Shown: piece after piece, positions 49,999-59,705 of the stretch
Layout: each line of letters begins with the position of its first letter
Numbering within the stretch: the first letter of the stretch is position 1
Assembly: GCA_963677895.2 (NCBI GenBank)
Contig: CAXXGJ010000038.1
Coordinates: 480,001-544,000 of the forward strand
Direction of reading: 5' to 3'
Length of the DNA: 64,000 bases
Source of the DNA: Treponemataceae bacterium
Lineage (GTDB): Bacteria > Spirochaetota > Spirochaetia > Treponematales > Rectinemataceae
Notes under the pieces: generated by a model
Told to the model about the DNA's origin: nothing
The model's input: only the letters and a program-made list of their open reading frames with translations
Database searches by the model: none
Position numbers and translations under genes: made by a program

Positions 49999-50571
49999 TC
50001 ATAAAACTTCGCTGATTTCGGGCGTCGGTTCATCCGAAACAGCCTGCTTTTTGATGATGGAGGCTTTTGGCTGAAGCACCATGGACATGAATCGGCCTTC
50101 CATAAGGGGCAGCTTCTCCATGATATAGTAACCTTCCAGCTTGGTTAGGATCTTTTTAAGGATCTGTTCGCCAATCTCCGTGTGCGCAAGCTCGCGGCCT
50201 CGGAACCTGATGGTTACCTTGACCTTGTTGCCCTGTTCAAGGAATTCCTTGACATGGGCAGATTTGAAATCGAGGTCGTGGCCGGCAATCTTCGGCTGCA
50301 TGCGGATTTCTTTGAGCTCCGCGGCCTTCGTATGCTTCCTCGTATCCTTGATCTTTTTTTCCTGCTCGAACTTGTACTTGCCATAGTTAAGCAACTTACA
50401 AACGGGGGGAACCGACTGGGGTGCCACTTCGACGAGGTCCAAACCGATCTCCCTGGCGATCTTGATCGCCTCGAGCGTCGGGATGATGCCCCTCTGTTCA
50501 CCTTTGTCGTCTATAAGCCTTACTTCACGCACGCGAATCTGCTCATTGATCCGCAAATCCTTGTCTGCCAA
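49999..50571 (-). CDS. infC: Translation initiation factor IF-3 (TTG start)
   Basis: [24 protein letters not shown]. Confidence 0.98.
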   Translation of the reverse strand: MADKDLRINEQIRVREVRLIDDKGEQRGIIPTLEAIKIAREIGLDLVEVAPQSVPPVCKLLNYGKYKFEQEKKIKDTRKHTKAAELKEIRMQPKIAGHDLDFKSAHVKEFLEQGNKVKVTIRFRGRELAHTEIGEQILKKILTKLEGYYIMEKLPLMEGRFMSMVLQPKASIIKKQAVSDEPTPEISEVL

Positions 50572-50759
50572 CTGACCTCCTCTAGCGCAAACCCGTTCGG
50601 CCGTTACGGGGATCGGCCTGCGAGCTTACGCGCCTGTTGCACATGCGGTTGGTCACCTGCACAGGCGCGACGCGTATATTACCATATAATTTCAAATCGG
50701 GTAAATACCTGCAATGCCCCGATGCGCGAAAAAGGCCGCGCAAAAGGGCGAAAAACGGC

Positions 50760-51758
50760 TCAGGCTTTTCCGGCCGATCCCAAAACCTCGATATTTTTGT
50801 GCATATAAAGCTTCTTGAGCTCGTCGCGGGCCGGTCCCAGGTACTTGCGGGGATCGAATTCGTCCGGTTTCTCCGTGAGCACCTTGCGGATGAGGGCGGT
50901 CATGGCCAGACGTCCGTCCGAGTCGATATTGATCTTGCACACGGCGCTGCGGGCGGCCTTGCGGAGCTGCTCCTCGGGAATGCCTACGGAATCCTTGAGC
51001 CTGCCGCCGTACTGTTCGATCATCCTCACGTATTCCTGGGGAACGGAGGAAGAACCGTGGAGAACGATGGGGAAGCCGGGGATGCGTTTCTCGATTTCCT
51101 CGAGGATGTCGAAGCGAAGGGGAGGCGGGATGAGAACGCCGTCAGCGCCTCTGGTGCACTGCTCGGGCTTGAACTTCGTCCTGCCGTGGCTCGTTCCGAT
51201 CGAGATGGCCAGGCTGTCGACGCCGGTTTTCTTGACGAAATCCTCGACTTCGGCGGGGCGGGTGTAATTGCTGTGCTCGGCGGAAACTTCATCCTCGACG
51301 CCGGCCAGTACTCCTAGTTCTCCTTCGACAGTCACGTAGTCCTTGCGCGAATGGGCATATTCGCAGACCTTTTTGGTGAGGGCGACGTTCTCGTCGTAGG
51401 GCAGATGGGATCCGTCGATCATGACGGAGGAAAAACCGTTTTCTATGCAGTCGACGCAGAGTTCGTAGGTGTCGCCATGGTCGAGATGAAGGACGACGGG
51501 GATGGGGTAGCCGAGTTCCTTGGCGTACTCCACGGCGCCGCGGGCCATGTTGCGCAGCAGGGTGGAGTTGGCGTATTTGCGCGCGCCGGAAGAAACCTGC
51601 ATGATGACGGGGCTTTTGGTCTCCACGCATGCCTGGATTATGGCCTGCATCTGCTCCATATTGTTGAAGTTGTACGCGGGAATGGCATAACCGCCCTTGA
51701 CCGCCTTGGCGAACATCTCGACGGTGTTGGAAAGTCCAAGTTCCTTGTAGCTTGTCAT
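50760..51758 (-). CDS. fba: Class II fructose-bisphosphate aldolase
   Basis: HLDHG, SVMIDGS, EGELG, VLHGSS, KINIDSD. Confidence 0.95.
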   Translation of the reverse strand: MTSYKELGLSNTVEMFAKAVKGGYAIPAYNFNNMEQMQAIIQACVETKSPVIMQVSSGARKYANSTLLRNMARGAVEYAKELGYPIPVVLHLDHGDTYELCVDCIENGFSSVMIDGSHLPYDENVALTKKVCEYAHSRKDYVTVEGELGVLAGVEDEVSAEHSNYTRPAEVEDFVKKTGVDSLAISIGTSHGRTKFKPEQCTRGADGVLIPPPLRFDILEEIEKRIPGFPIVLHGSSSVPQEYVRMIEQYGGRLKDSVGIPEEQLRKAARSAVCKINIDSDGRLAMTALIRKVLTEKPDEFDPRKYLGPARDELKKLYMHKNIEVLGSAGKA

Positions 51759-51862
51759 GATACCTCCGAAAATTGGGGCGGGGATGCTTCTTCGCGCCCG
51801 CGATTCCTGCTAATCTTATGGAGAGACCAATCGATCGTCAAGCAGGCGGAGGGCGGAGAATC

Positions 51863-53020
51863 ATGGAACATCGCGTATGGGCGGAACGAAGGGCGAAACC
51901 GCGGAGGCTTTCGCTTCTCGCCGCGCTTCTTGTCCTCCCGCTTGTCTTTTCCTGCGGCGGCCGGACAGTCCCGAAGCCCGAAGACGGGGTAGCGGGCTTC
52001 ATGGACGAAGCTTTCGCGGTTCTGCTGCCCGAAGCGGCGGAAATACTAGCCAGGCTCCCCGACGGCTCAAAACCGGGACCAGGACCGGGACAGGGGCCGG
52101 GGCCGGGGCCAGGACCGGAGCTAGGGAAGAGCGCGGGGCAGATCGAGATGGCAGCCCCGCTGACCTTAGCAGCCCCGCTGGCCTTGGCGGCCATCGAAAC
52201 CGCCGTCGAAAGAACGATCGGACAATGGATGAAAAACGGCGAAACCATGCCTAAAGCCCTTGTCGTGAGCCCCTTGGCCGCGTCCAGACTCGCCCGCGCG
52301 GCGGGCAATAAGCGCGCGCCTCTGCCGCAGCTTGTCGTCCCCTTCGCCGCCGGTTTCGGCTTCGATCCGCCGACGAAAATCCACGCCATCGAGTACGATT
52401 TCGACGCCGCCTATTCCGCCATGGGCAGGAAGGCTGCCCGATATCTGCGGAAGATTTCCGGAAAACAAGGGAATGCCGCCCTATGCGGAATTGTCTTCCA
52501 GGAAAACTTCATGAGGGGAAGAACGGCGCTGGAGGCTTTCGTAACCGCCTTCGAAGCCGAAATCGGCCAGGGACGGCTGGAAGTTAAGGTGCTCGACAAG
52601 ACGCTTCTCGCCCTGGATCCGACCGGGGCGACGAAGGATGCGATCCTTCGGCTGGCAAAACCGGCAGTTCCCGCCAAGGACGGTCCCGTTAACGGGAGCG
52701 AGGCGGGGGGCGTGGATGTCGTGGTGCTGGCCATCGATGACGCTTTTGTCGCCGAATCGGCGGCGGCCGATTCGCTCGCGGAATCTGCCGCGACGGGCAA
52801 GGCAGGCCCGATTTTCCTGGCGGACCAGAGTTCCTGGGGCGTACCGCGACCCTTGTTCTGGCAAAAACCCGGACTTTTCAGGTATGGAATTTGGGGCGAC
52901 GAGGCGAGTCTGGCCTGGGCGGCCATCGAGGCCGCGAAGAACCTGGCCGAGGGCCGCCCCGTCGATACGATCAAGAAGGTTCCGCTTCGCTCCGGCGCCA
53001 CCTTCCCGAGAATATTCTGA
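51863..53020 (+). CDS. Putative lipoprotein
   Basis: SD GGAG; basic N-region, hydrophobic core, LVFSC lipobox; Gly-Pro repeat. Confidence 0.65.
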   Translation: MEHRVWAERRAKPRRLSLLAALLVLPLVFSCGGRTVPKPEDGVAGFMDEAFAVLLPEAAEILARLPDGSKPGPGPGQGPGPGPGPELGKSAGQIEMAAPLTLAAPLALAAIETAVERTIGQWMKNGETMPKALVVSPLAASRLARAAGNKRAPLPQLVVPFAAGFGFDPPTKIHAIEYDFDAAYSAMGRKAARYLRKISGKQGNAALCGIVFQENFMRGRTALEAFVTAFEAEIGQGRLEVKVLDKTLLALDPTGATKDAILRLAKPAVPAKDGPVNGSEAGGVDVVVLAIDDAFVAESAAADSLAESAATGKAGPIFLADQSSWGVPRPLFWQKPGLFRYGIWGDEASLAWAAIEAAKNLAEGRPVDTIKKVPLRSGATFPRIF

Positions 53021-53837
53021 AGGCGTTCGCCTGAGCCGCCGCCGATAATTCCTCCACCGATATTTCTCTAAGTCGCGCCGCCAGCTCTATCGTCCGCCCG
53101 ATATCGAGCGGCGTGGCGTCCTTTCCGCGATGCGGCATGGGATTCATATAGGGCGAATCGGTTTCCATGAGCAGCTTATTCAGCGGGGTGAGGACAAGGG
53201 CGCTTCTGAGTCCATCGGATTTCTTGTAGGTAAGGTTTCCGGCAAAGGAAAGCAGGCAGCCGGCTTCCAGGAATTCTTCGGCTTCGCGCGCGCCATATCC
53301 AAAGCAGTGAATGATGACGGGGACCGACGAAGCCGCTCCCGATACGACGGCCAGCGTGTCCTCGAAGGCGTCGCGGGAATGCACGATGAGGGGAAGGCCT
53401 AGCTCGGCCGCCATGGATGCCTGCGCTTTGAACAGTTTTATCTGGTCTTCCCGCGGCGCTTCCATGTGATGATAGTCGAGGCCGCACTCGCCCAGGGCGC
53501 GGCAGCGGGGTGACCGCAGGTCTTCCCGCAACATGGCCAGAGCCTCGCCCGGTCTTTCGAGCGACTCGCGGCCGGGCCAGAGCCCGGCCGAAAGCTTGAC
53601 AAAGGGATACCGCCCGAGGCGTTCAAGCCGAGGCGCCAGATCGCCGGGATTCACGCCGATATCGACGATGAAGGGCGCCGAGGCTTCGCGGCCGTCTTGG
53701 ATTTCCGATTCCCAGGCCTCCGCGTAGGCCGCCAGCAAGGCTTCCGCCGCTTCGGCGCCGAGCCTCGACTCGACAAGCCCCAGATGGGCATGGGAATCGC
53801 TGTACAGGGCCGGAACGCCTCCCTTATTCGGAAGCAT
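52971..53837 (-). CDS. tatD: TatD family hydrolase
   Basis: [27 protein letters not shown]. Confidence 0.9.
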   Translation of the reverse strand: MLPNKGGVPALYSDSHAHLGLVESRLGAEAAEALLAAYAEAWESEIQDGREASAPFIVDIGVNPGDLAPRLERLGRYPFVKLSAGLWPGRESLERPGEALAMLREDLRSPRCRALGECGLDYHHMEAPREDQIKLFKAQASMAAELGLPLIVHSRDAFEDTLAVVSGAASSVPVIIHCFGYGAREAEEFLEAGCLLSFAGNLTYKKSDGLRSALVLTPLNKLLMETDSPYMNPMPHRGKDATPLDIGRTIELAARLREISVEELSAAAQANAFRIFSGRWRRSEAEPS

Positions 53838-56427
53838 CGTCGCCTTCCGGCCTCGTCACGGTAAACTTGAGCCCGTCAGCCGAAGCGCCGGCGAGCACCT
53901 TGTCGCCCTCCCTCACTTCTCCCGACAGCAGGGATTTGGCGAGAGGATTCTCGAGAAGGGACTGGATGGCCCTCTTGAGCGGCCGGGCACCGAAGCGCCT
54001 ATCGTAGCCCTCGGCCGCGATGTAGTCGCGTGCCTCGGGGCTGATCTCGAGGGTTATGAACCTTTCGGCCAGTCGGCCGATGAGCTCGGCGAGCCTGAGA
54101 TCAGTTATCGAGCGGATCATCGCTTCGGAAAGCCTTTCGAAGAGGACGATTTCGTCGATCCTGTTGAGGAACTCGGGCTTGAAATGCCCTTTCAGGAGGG
54201 AATCTATGTCCTTGCGGACTGCCTCCATGCTCTCGGCCTCGAGGATAAGCTCCGAACCTATATTGCTCGTCATGATGATGATGGTGTTCCTGAAGTCCAC
54301 CACCCTGCCCTGACCGTCCGTAAGCCGTCCGTCGTCGAGTGTCTGAAGGAGAACGTTGAACACCTCAGGGTGGGCCTTTTCGACCTCGTCGAAAAGAACG
54401 ACCGAATAAGGCCGCCTGCGCACGGCTTCGGTGAGCTGTCCGCCTTCCTCGTAGCCGACGTAGCCGGGAGGAGCCCCGATCAGCCTCGACACGGCGTGTT
54501 TTTCCATGTATTCGCTCATGTCGATGCGCGTGAGAGCTTTTTCGTCGTTGAAAAGGAATTCGGCCAGGGCCTTGGCGAGTTCCGTCTTGCCCACACCCGT
54601 CGGTCCGAGAAAGAGGAAGGACCCCAGCGGTTTGCGGGGATCAGATAGGCCCGCCCTATTCCTCCGTATCGCGTCGGCCACGGCCAGCAGGGCTGGTTCC
54701 TGGCCTATGACGCGAAGCCTGAGCTTGCCCTCGAGTTCCACGTATTTCTGCGACTCGCTCGACATCATCTTCGAGACAGGGATGCCGGTCCAGGCCGATA
54801 CGACGCGGGCGATGTCCTCCTCTGACACTTCCTCGCGGAGGAGCCTGCGATCCCCGGCCCCCGATTTCATCTCGGCCGACAGGGCGTCCAGCTTCTTCTG
54901 GGCTTCGATCAGGCGTCCATACTTTATCTCGGAAGCCGCGGCCAGATCGCCTTCGCGGACCTTCCTGTCGGCTTCGAGCTTGAGTTCCTCGATTTTCTGC
55001 TTCGTGTCTCTCAGGCCGCCTATCTTGGATTTTTCGTTGTCCCAGCGAAGGCGCATGGCGTCGCGCTGCGCCGTGAGCTCGGAGATTTCCTTGTCCAGCT
55101 TGGAGCGGCGTTCCATGGATGCCGCGTCCACTTCCTTCCTGAGCGCCTGCTCTTCCATCTTGAACTGGGTCAACTTGCGCTCGATGACGTCGAGCTCCGT
55201 CGGCTGGCTCTCGATTTCCATCTTGAGGCGGCTGGCGGCTTCGTCGACGAGGTCTATGGCCTTGTCGGGGAGGAATCTGCTCGTGATGTAGCGGTCGGAG
55301 AGCGTGGCGGCCGCGATCAGGGCGTCGTCGCGAATCCTCACGCCGTGGTGCACTTCGTAGCGCTCCTTGAGGCCGCGCAGAATGGCTATGGTCGACTCGA
55401 CGCTCGGTGCGGCGCAGTAGACCGGCTGGAATCGCCGCTCGAGGGCGGCGTCCTTCTCGATATGCTTGCGGTATTCGTCCAGCGTCGTGGCGCCTATCGC
55501 CCTCAGCTCGCCTCGGGCGAGGGCCGGCTTGAGGAGGTTGGACGCGTCCATGGCTCCCTCGGCCGCGCCGGCGCCCACCAGGGTGTGCAGCTCGTCGATG
55601 AAGAGGATGATCTTGCCGTCGGACTTCTGGATTTCCTCGATGACGGCCTTGAGCCGCTCCTCGAATTCGCCCCTGAATTTGGCGCCGGCGATGAGGGAGC
55701 CCAGGTCGAGAGCAAGCAGGGTTTTGTTCTTGAGGCTGTCGGGGACATCGCCCGAAATGATTCGCCGCGCCAGGCCTTCGACGATGGCGGTTTTGCCGAC
55801 GCCGGGCTCTCCTATGATGACGGGGTTGTTCTTGGTCCGTCTGGAGAGCACCTGCATCACGCGCCTGATTTCCTCGTCGCGGCCGATGACGGGATCCAGC
55901 TTGTCGGCGCGCGCGAGGGCGGTGAGGTCGCGGGTGTATTTTTCCAGGACCCTGTATTTCTCCTCGGCGTCCTGGTCGGTGACGCGCCTGTTGCCGCGCA
56001 CGGCCTGGAGGGCCGAAAGAATGCGCTCCTTCGTCACGCCCTGCGACTTGAGAAGGGATGCCGCGGCGCCTTCCACGGCGATGATGCCCAGGAGGATATG
56101 CTCGGCGGCGACATACTCGTCCTTGAGGGCGGCCGATTCGGTTTCGGCCTTGGCCAGGGCCTTCGAAGCCGCGCTGGAGAGGTAGACTTGGGCCGCTTCG
56201 CCGAAGGCTTTCGGAAGCTTCGCGAGCAGGCTTTCCGTCCCCTTCTCCACCATCGCCTTGTCGGCGCCGATGCGGTCCAGCAGAGAGGGCACGACGCCTT
56301 CTTCCTGGGTGAGGAGGGCGTAGAGAAGATGTTCGATTTCGACATTCGGGTTGTCGCGGGACTGCGCGAGGGCGGAAGCGTCCCGAACCGCTTCCTGCGC
56401 CTTGAGCGTGAATTTTTCGTAGTTCAT
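53824..56427 (-). CDS. clpB: Chaperone ClpB
   Basis: Two AAA domains ([16 protein letters not shown]), long M-domain, GAPPGYVG. Confidence 0.97.
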   Translation of the reverse strand: MNYEKFTLKAQEAVRDASALAQSRDNPNVEIEHLLYALLTQEEGVVPSLLDRIGADKAMVEKGTESLLAKLPKAFGEAAQVYLSSAASKALAKAETESAALKDEYVAAEHILLGIIAVEGAAASLLKSQGVTKERILSALQAVRGNRRVTDQDAEEKYRVLEKYTRDLTALARADKLDPVIGRDEEIRRVMQVLSRRTKNNPVIIGEPGVGKTAIVEGLARRIISGDVPDSLKNKTLLALDLGSLIAGAKFRGEFEERLKAVIEEIQKSDGKIILFIDELHTLVGAGAAEGAMDASNLLKPALARGELRAIGATTLDEYRKHIEKDAALERRFQPVYCAAPSVESTIAILRGLKERYEVHHGVRIRDDALIAAATLSDRYITSRFLPDKAIDLVDEAASRLKMEIESQPTELDVIERKLTQFKMEEQALRKEVDAASMERRSKLDKEISELTAQRDAMRLRWDNEKSKIGGLRDTKQKIEELKLEADRKVREGDLAAASEIKYGRLIEAQKKLDALSAEMKSGAGDRRLLREEVSEEDIARVVSAWTGIPVSKMMSSESQKYVELEGKLRLRVIGQEPALLAVADAIRRNRAGLSDPRKPLGSFLFLGPTGVGKTELAKALAEFLFNDEKALTRIDMSEYMEKHAVSRLIGAPPGYVGYEEGGQLTEAVRRRPYSVVLFDEVEKAHPEVFNVLLQTLDDGRLTDGQGRVVDFRNTIIIMTSNIGSELILEAESMEAVRKDIDSLLKGHFKPEFLNRIDEIVLFERLSEAMIRSITDLRLAELIGRLAERFITLEISPEARDYIAAEGYDRRFGARPLKRAIQSLLENPLAKSLLSGEVREGDKVLAGASADGLKFTVTRPEGDDASE

Positions 56428-56501
56428 TGGATTTCCTGTACGATAAAGATACGAACGAAAAGGGCATTTCGGCAATCCTCAATCCGCGCTATACTCCCCG
56501 C

Positions 56502-56714
56502 ATGGACAAAGATTTCAAGGCGGTGATCCTGCACGGCTATACGAACGAAGAGGCTGTCGCGGTGATGAGGGCGGTTAAGGCGCTGGGTTTCGGCGCCGCG
56601 TCGACGGCCTTCGCCACGACGACGCCGACGAGCATAGAATGGAAGGTCGAGGATCTCATAGAGCATCTGGCCGAAGAACACGCGATGACGCGGGAGCGGA
56701 CGAGAAAGGCTTAA
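56502..56714 (+). CDS. Small protein (DUF3783-like)
   Basis: VILHGY..FATTTPTSIEWKVEDLIEHLAEEH. Confidence 0.7.
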   Translation: MDKDFKAVILHGYTNEEAVAVMRAVKALGFGAASTAFATTTPTSIEWKVEDLIEHLAEEHAMTRERTRKA

Positions 56715-56723
56715 GCTTTTGCC

Positions 56724-56751
56724 GGGGCCGGCCGCCGCGGCGGCCGGCCCC
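56724..56751. repeat. Perfect 28-bp all-GC palindrome between convergent genes
   Basis: GGGGCCGGCCGCCGCGGCGGCCGGCCCC equals its own reverse complement. Confidence 0.9.
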
Positions 56752-56773
56752 TCCAGACAGCCTTAAAAAATTC

Positions 56774-57250
56774 TTACTCCGGATCGAAATCGGGAATTTT
56801 AGCCTTCAGCGCCCTCACGAAAGCGTCGCCTGTGCTGCCGCGCTTCAGCGCGATGAAGACGACGTTGTCGCGTCCCGAGATGGTGCCGAGCACGTCTTCC
56901 ATGCCCATGTTGTCGATGGCCATGGCGACCGTGTCGGAGTGGCCGGAAAAAGTCCTGATGACGACGAGGCCGTCGTTCCAGTCGACCGATACATAGCCGC
57001 GCAGGAAATCCTGTATGTAATGTTTCTCCGACTCTTTGCGCTCCTCTTCGGAAGGAACCGTATAATAATAGCCTGTCTGTCCGTCCGCGACCTTGCCTAC
57101 TTTCAGGTATTTGAGGTCGCGGGACAGGGTCGCCTGGGTGACGGAATAGCCGGCCTCAGCGAGCAGCTGGAGCAGCGTGTCCTGCGAATCTATACGATGG
57201 GCTTTTATAAGGGTCTTGACCACTTTTAGGCGCTCAAGTCTTTCTTTCAT
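56774..57250 (-). CDS. argR: Arginine repressor
   Basis: VTQATLSRDL, VLGTISG. Confidence 0.93.
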   Translation of the reverse strand: MKERLERLKVVKTLIKAHRIDSQDTLLQLLAEAGYSVTQATLSRDLKYLKVGKVADGQTGYYYTVPSEEERKESEKHYIQDFLRGYVSVDWNDGLVVIRTFSGHSDTVAMAIDNMGMEDVLGTISGRDNVVFIALKRGSTGDAFVRALKAKIPDFDPE

Positions 57251-57293
57251 GTCGGGGTTTTCTCCATGACGTTATTTTTGGCGTTTCCACAGT

Positions 57294-57311
57294 ATTGCAT
57301 ATTTTTGCATT
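57294..57311. promoter_or_regulatory. ARG box upstream of argR
   Basis: ATTGCATATTTTTGCATT resembles WNTGNATWWWWATNCANW. Confidence 0.6.
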
Positions 57312-57328
57312 TTTCTCAAGGACAATTC

Positions 57329-57358
57329 CGCGACCTCGCCTCGGAAGGCGAGGTCGCG
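57329..57358 (-). terminator. 13-bp hairpin after the patatin gene
   Basis: CGCGACCTCGCCT-cgga-AGGCGAGGTCGCG; weak T-tract. Confidence 0.6.
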
Positions 57359-57372
57359 AGCCTTTCGGCGAG

Positions 57373-58449
57373 TCAGTATTCCGTACCTTTCCAGCCGAAT
57401 CTGGTCCTCAGCTTGTGCAGCATCATGTCCCAGTTCGTTTTTTCGGCGAAAAACTCCTTGGTGGACAGATAGCCCGAGTTGAAGAGCTTTTCATAGACCG
57501 CGTCGCCGGCCACGATATCGAAATTTGTCGGCGAGACGCCCTGATCGCTGATGAAGATCGTCCGGCCCTTGTTTTTCTCCCCATAGAGAACAAGCTGATC
57601 CTGGACAAGGACAAGACTCTCAAACAAAGCTCCGACATAATCCATCATGCCCTTCACTTCTTTGTACTCGGTCGATTCGGGCGAGGTATAGAGAAAGAAC
57701 CCCAGGGTTTCCTCGTTCATTCCCTTGGAAAATTTCTTCCCGTATTGAGGTTCGTCGAAGAGGCTGATGGGATAATTCCACATGACGCCGCCGTCGGCGT
57801 AAAACTGCGTTTCCCTTGTCCCGGGATACTGGAATGGTATGGCTTCAAAAAATAGGGGAATGGACATCGATATCCTGACGGCGAGCGCCACTTCCATGTC
57901 GGGCGTCGCGTCAAAGGAAAAGATCCTGCTCGTCCTATTGGAAATATCGGTCCCCGTGACGTAAAGGTCGAAGAAATGGCGCCCTCCCTTATGGATGGAT
58001 GCGTCCTTGAAGTCCCTGAATGTATAGGTTTCTTTTTTGACGGTGAACTGTTGAGCTATCACCGATTTCAGCCAGGTGTAAAAATAATCGCTCGAGTACC
58101 AGCCTTTTTCCTGGAGAAGGCGAAGGGAGCATTGGAGGTTCTTGACGATTCCCAGGGATTGCGATCGCACCACAAGGGGATTGGCCTTTATGAATTTTGC
58201 CTGTTCGGGTTTGAGATCGCCCTCGGCGGGGATTTTGCGGTAATCGAGGCTGTCGCTGATCGCTTTTATGGAATCGTAGTTTTCGAAGTTGAACGACAGA
58301 ATCAGCGCCGTGATGGCGCCGGCCGAGGTGCCGGCGGCGCGTTCGACCGAGCGCATGAGTCCGTTTTCGTAAAGATACTTGAGGGCGCCGATATAGGCCA
58401 CTCCGCGGACCCCGCCCCCCTTGAACACAAGGTTTCTGTACGCAGGCAT
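57373..58449 (-). CDS. Patatin-like phospholipase
   Basis: GGGVRG, GTSAG, SMSIP, DGG. Confidence 0.92.
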   Translation of the reverse strand: MPAYRNLVFKGGGVRGVAYIGALKYLYENGLMRSVERAAGTSAGAITALILSFNFENYDSIKAISDSLDYRKIPAEGDLKPEQAKFIKANPLVVRSQSLGIVKNLQCSLRLLQEKGWYSSDYFYTWLKSVIAQQFTVKKETYTFRDFKDASIHKGGRHFFDLYVTGTDISNRTSRIFSFDATPDMEVALAVRISMSIPLFFEAIPFQYPGTRETQFYADGGVMWNYPISLFDEPQYGKKFSKGMNEETLGFFLYTSPESTEYKEVKGMMDYVGALFESLVLVQDQLVLYGEKNKGRTIFISDQGVSPTNFDIVAGDAVYEKLFNSGYLSTKEFFAEKTNWDMMLHKLRTRFGWKGTEY

Positions 58450-58585
58450 TTCCCACTCCTCGGGACCGGATCGTCCGACCGGTCCGATGCGCCGCCAAGC
58501 ATATACCAGAGACCTTCCGCCGTCCATGAGGCGCGGCCGGACCGAGGTGTTGCAAAGGACGGCTGAAACGATATAGCGTTGGGGC

Positions 58586-59662
58586 ATGAACAGCGATTGG
58601 CGCGAAGCGATGAGAAAGAGAATCACGATACTGACCGATGCGGAGAATAAGGCTTTGCTCTCGAGGCTGAAGTCCGAATCGGCCCTCCCCTTCGCGGCCA
58701 CCGCGTACTGGCTGGGTCTCGCCTCCGAGGACTACCGCGACTGCCGCAGGAACGAAAAAGGCTTTCCTATCGATCCCATTCTCGCCCAGGCGCTGCCTTC
58801 CAGGGCGGAGCTTGAGCGTATGCCCATAGAATCCAAGGACCCGCTCTGCGAGGAAGTCCACTCTCCCCTTTCCAGACTCGTGCATCAGTATCCCTCGCGC
58901 ATTCTCTTGAGGACAACGGGGGAATGCCCCGTCTATTGCCGGCACTGCTTCAGGCGCTCCCTTCTGCCCAAGGAGAGGGGTTTCATGGACGACGCGACGC
59001 AGGAGGAAGTGAGGAAGTATCTGGAATCCCACCAGGAGGTTCGGGAAGTGCTCGTGTCAGGCGGGGATCCCTTGAGCGCGTCGACGCCGAAGCTCGAGGC
59101 GCTTTTTTCGCGGCTGAGGGCGGGCAAAAAGGGCATACTCATCAGGCTCTGCACCAGGGCTCCCGTCACGCTGCCCGACCGTGTCGACGAGGAACTCGTC
59201 GAGATGCTTTCACGCTTCAAGCCTCTGAGGGTGGTGATTCAGGTCAACCATCCCGCCGAAATCTCGTCCCTTTTCGCGGAAAAAATGGAGATGCTTGTCA
59301 TGGCCGGACTGCCGGTACGGAGCCAGTCCGTCCTGCTCCGCGGCGTCAACGATTCCGCCGACACGCTCGAGGCGCTGTTCTCCGGCCTCGTCCAGGTCGG
59401 CGTCGACCCCTACTACTTGTTCCAGGGAGACCTGGCTTCGGGCACGGCCCACTTCCGCGTCCCGCTCTCGCGCGGGCTCGCGATCTACGGAGAGCTGCGG
59501 AAGCGGCTTTCGGGTCTGGAGCTGCCGCGCTATGCCGTGGACGCGCCCGATGGGGCGGGCAAGATGTACCTGCCGGAAAGCATTGCGGGAATGGAGGATG
59601 GCTTCTGGATCCTGAAAGCCCCCGACGGATCGCTCCACCGCTATCCCGAAGAAAAGGAATGA
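58586..59662 (+). CDS. KamA/EpmB family radical SAM aminomutase
   Basis: CPVYCRHCFRR, SGGDPL, NHP, QSVLLRGVND, PYYL, GAGK. Confidence 0.9.
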   Translation: MNSDWREAMRKRITILTDAENKALLSRLKSESALPFAATAYWLGLASEDYRDCRRNEKGFPIDPILAQALPSRAELERMPIESKDPLCEEVHSPLSRLVHQYPSRILLRTTGECPVYCRHCFRRSLLPKERGFMDDATQEEVRKYLESHQEVREVLVSGGDPLSASTPKLEALFSRLRAGKKGILIRLCTRAPVTLPDRVDEELVEMLSRFKPLRVVIQVNHPAEISSLFAEKMEMLVMAGLPVRSQSVLLRGVNDSADTLEALFSGLVQVGVDPYYLFQGDLASGTAHFRVPLSRGLAIYGELRKRLSGLELPRYAVDAPDGAGKMYLPESIAGMEDGFWILKAPDGSLHRYPEEKE

Positions 59663-59705
59663 GGGGCCGCCGACCGCGCCTTCGTGCGCCTTCGCTTCGC
59701 GAAAG

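Noticed and set aside
57373..58449. Patatin as a CBASS (CapV-like) defence effector
   Set aside because: No CD-NTase or other defence genes nearby
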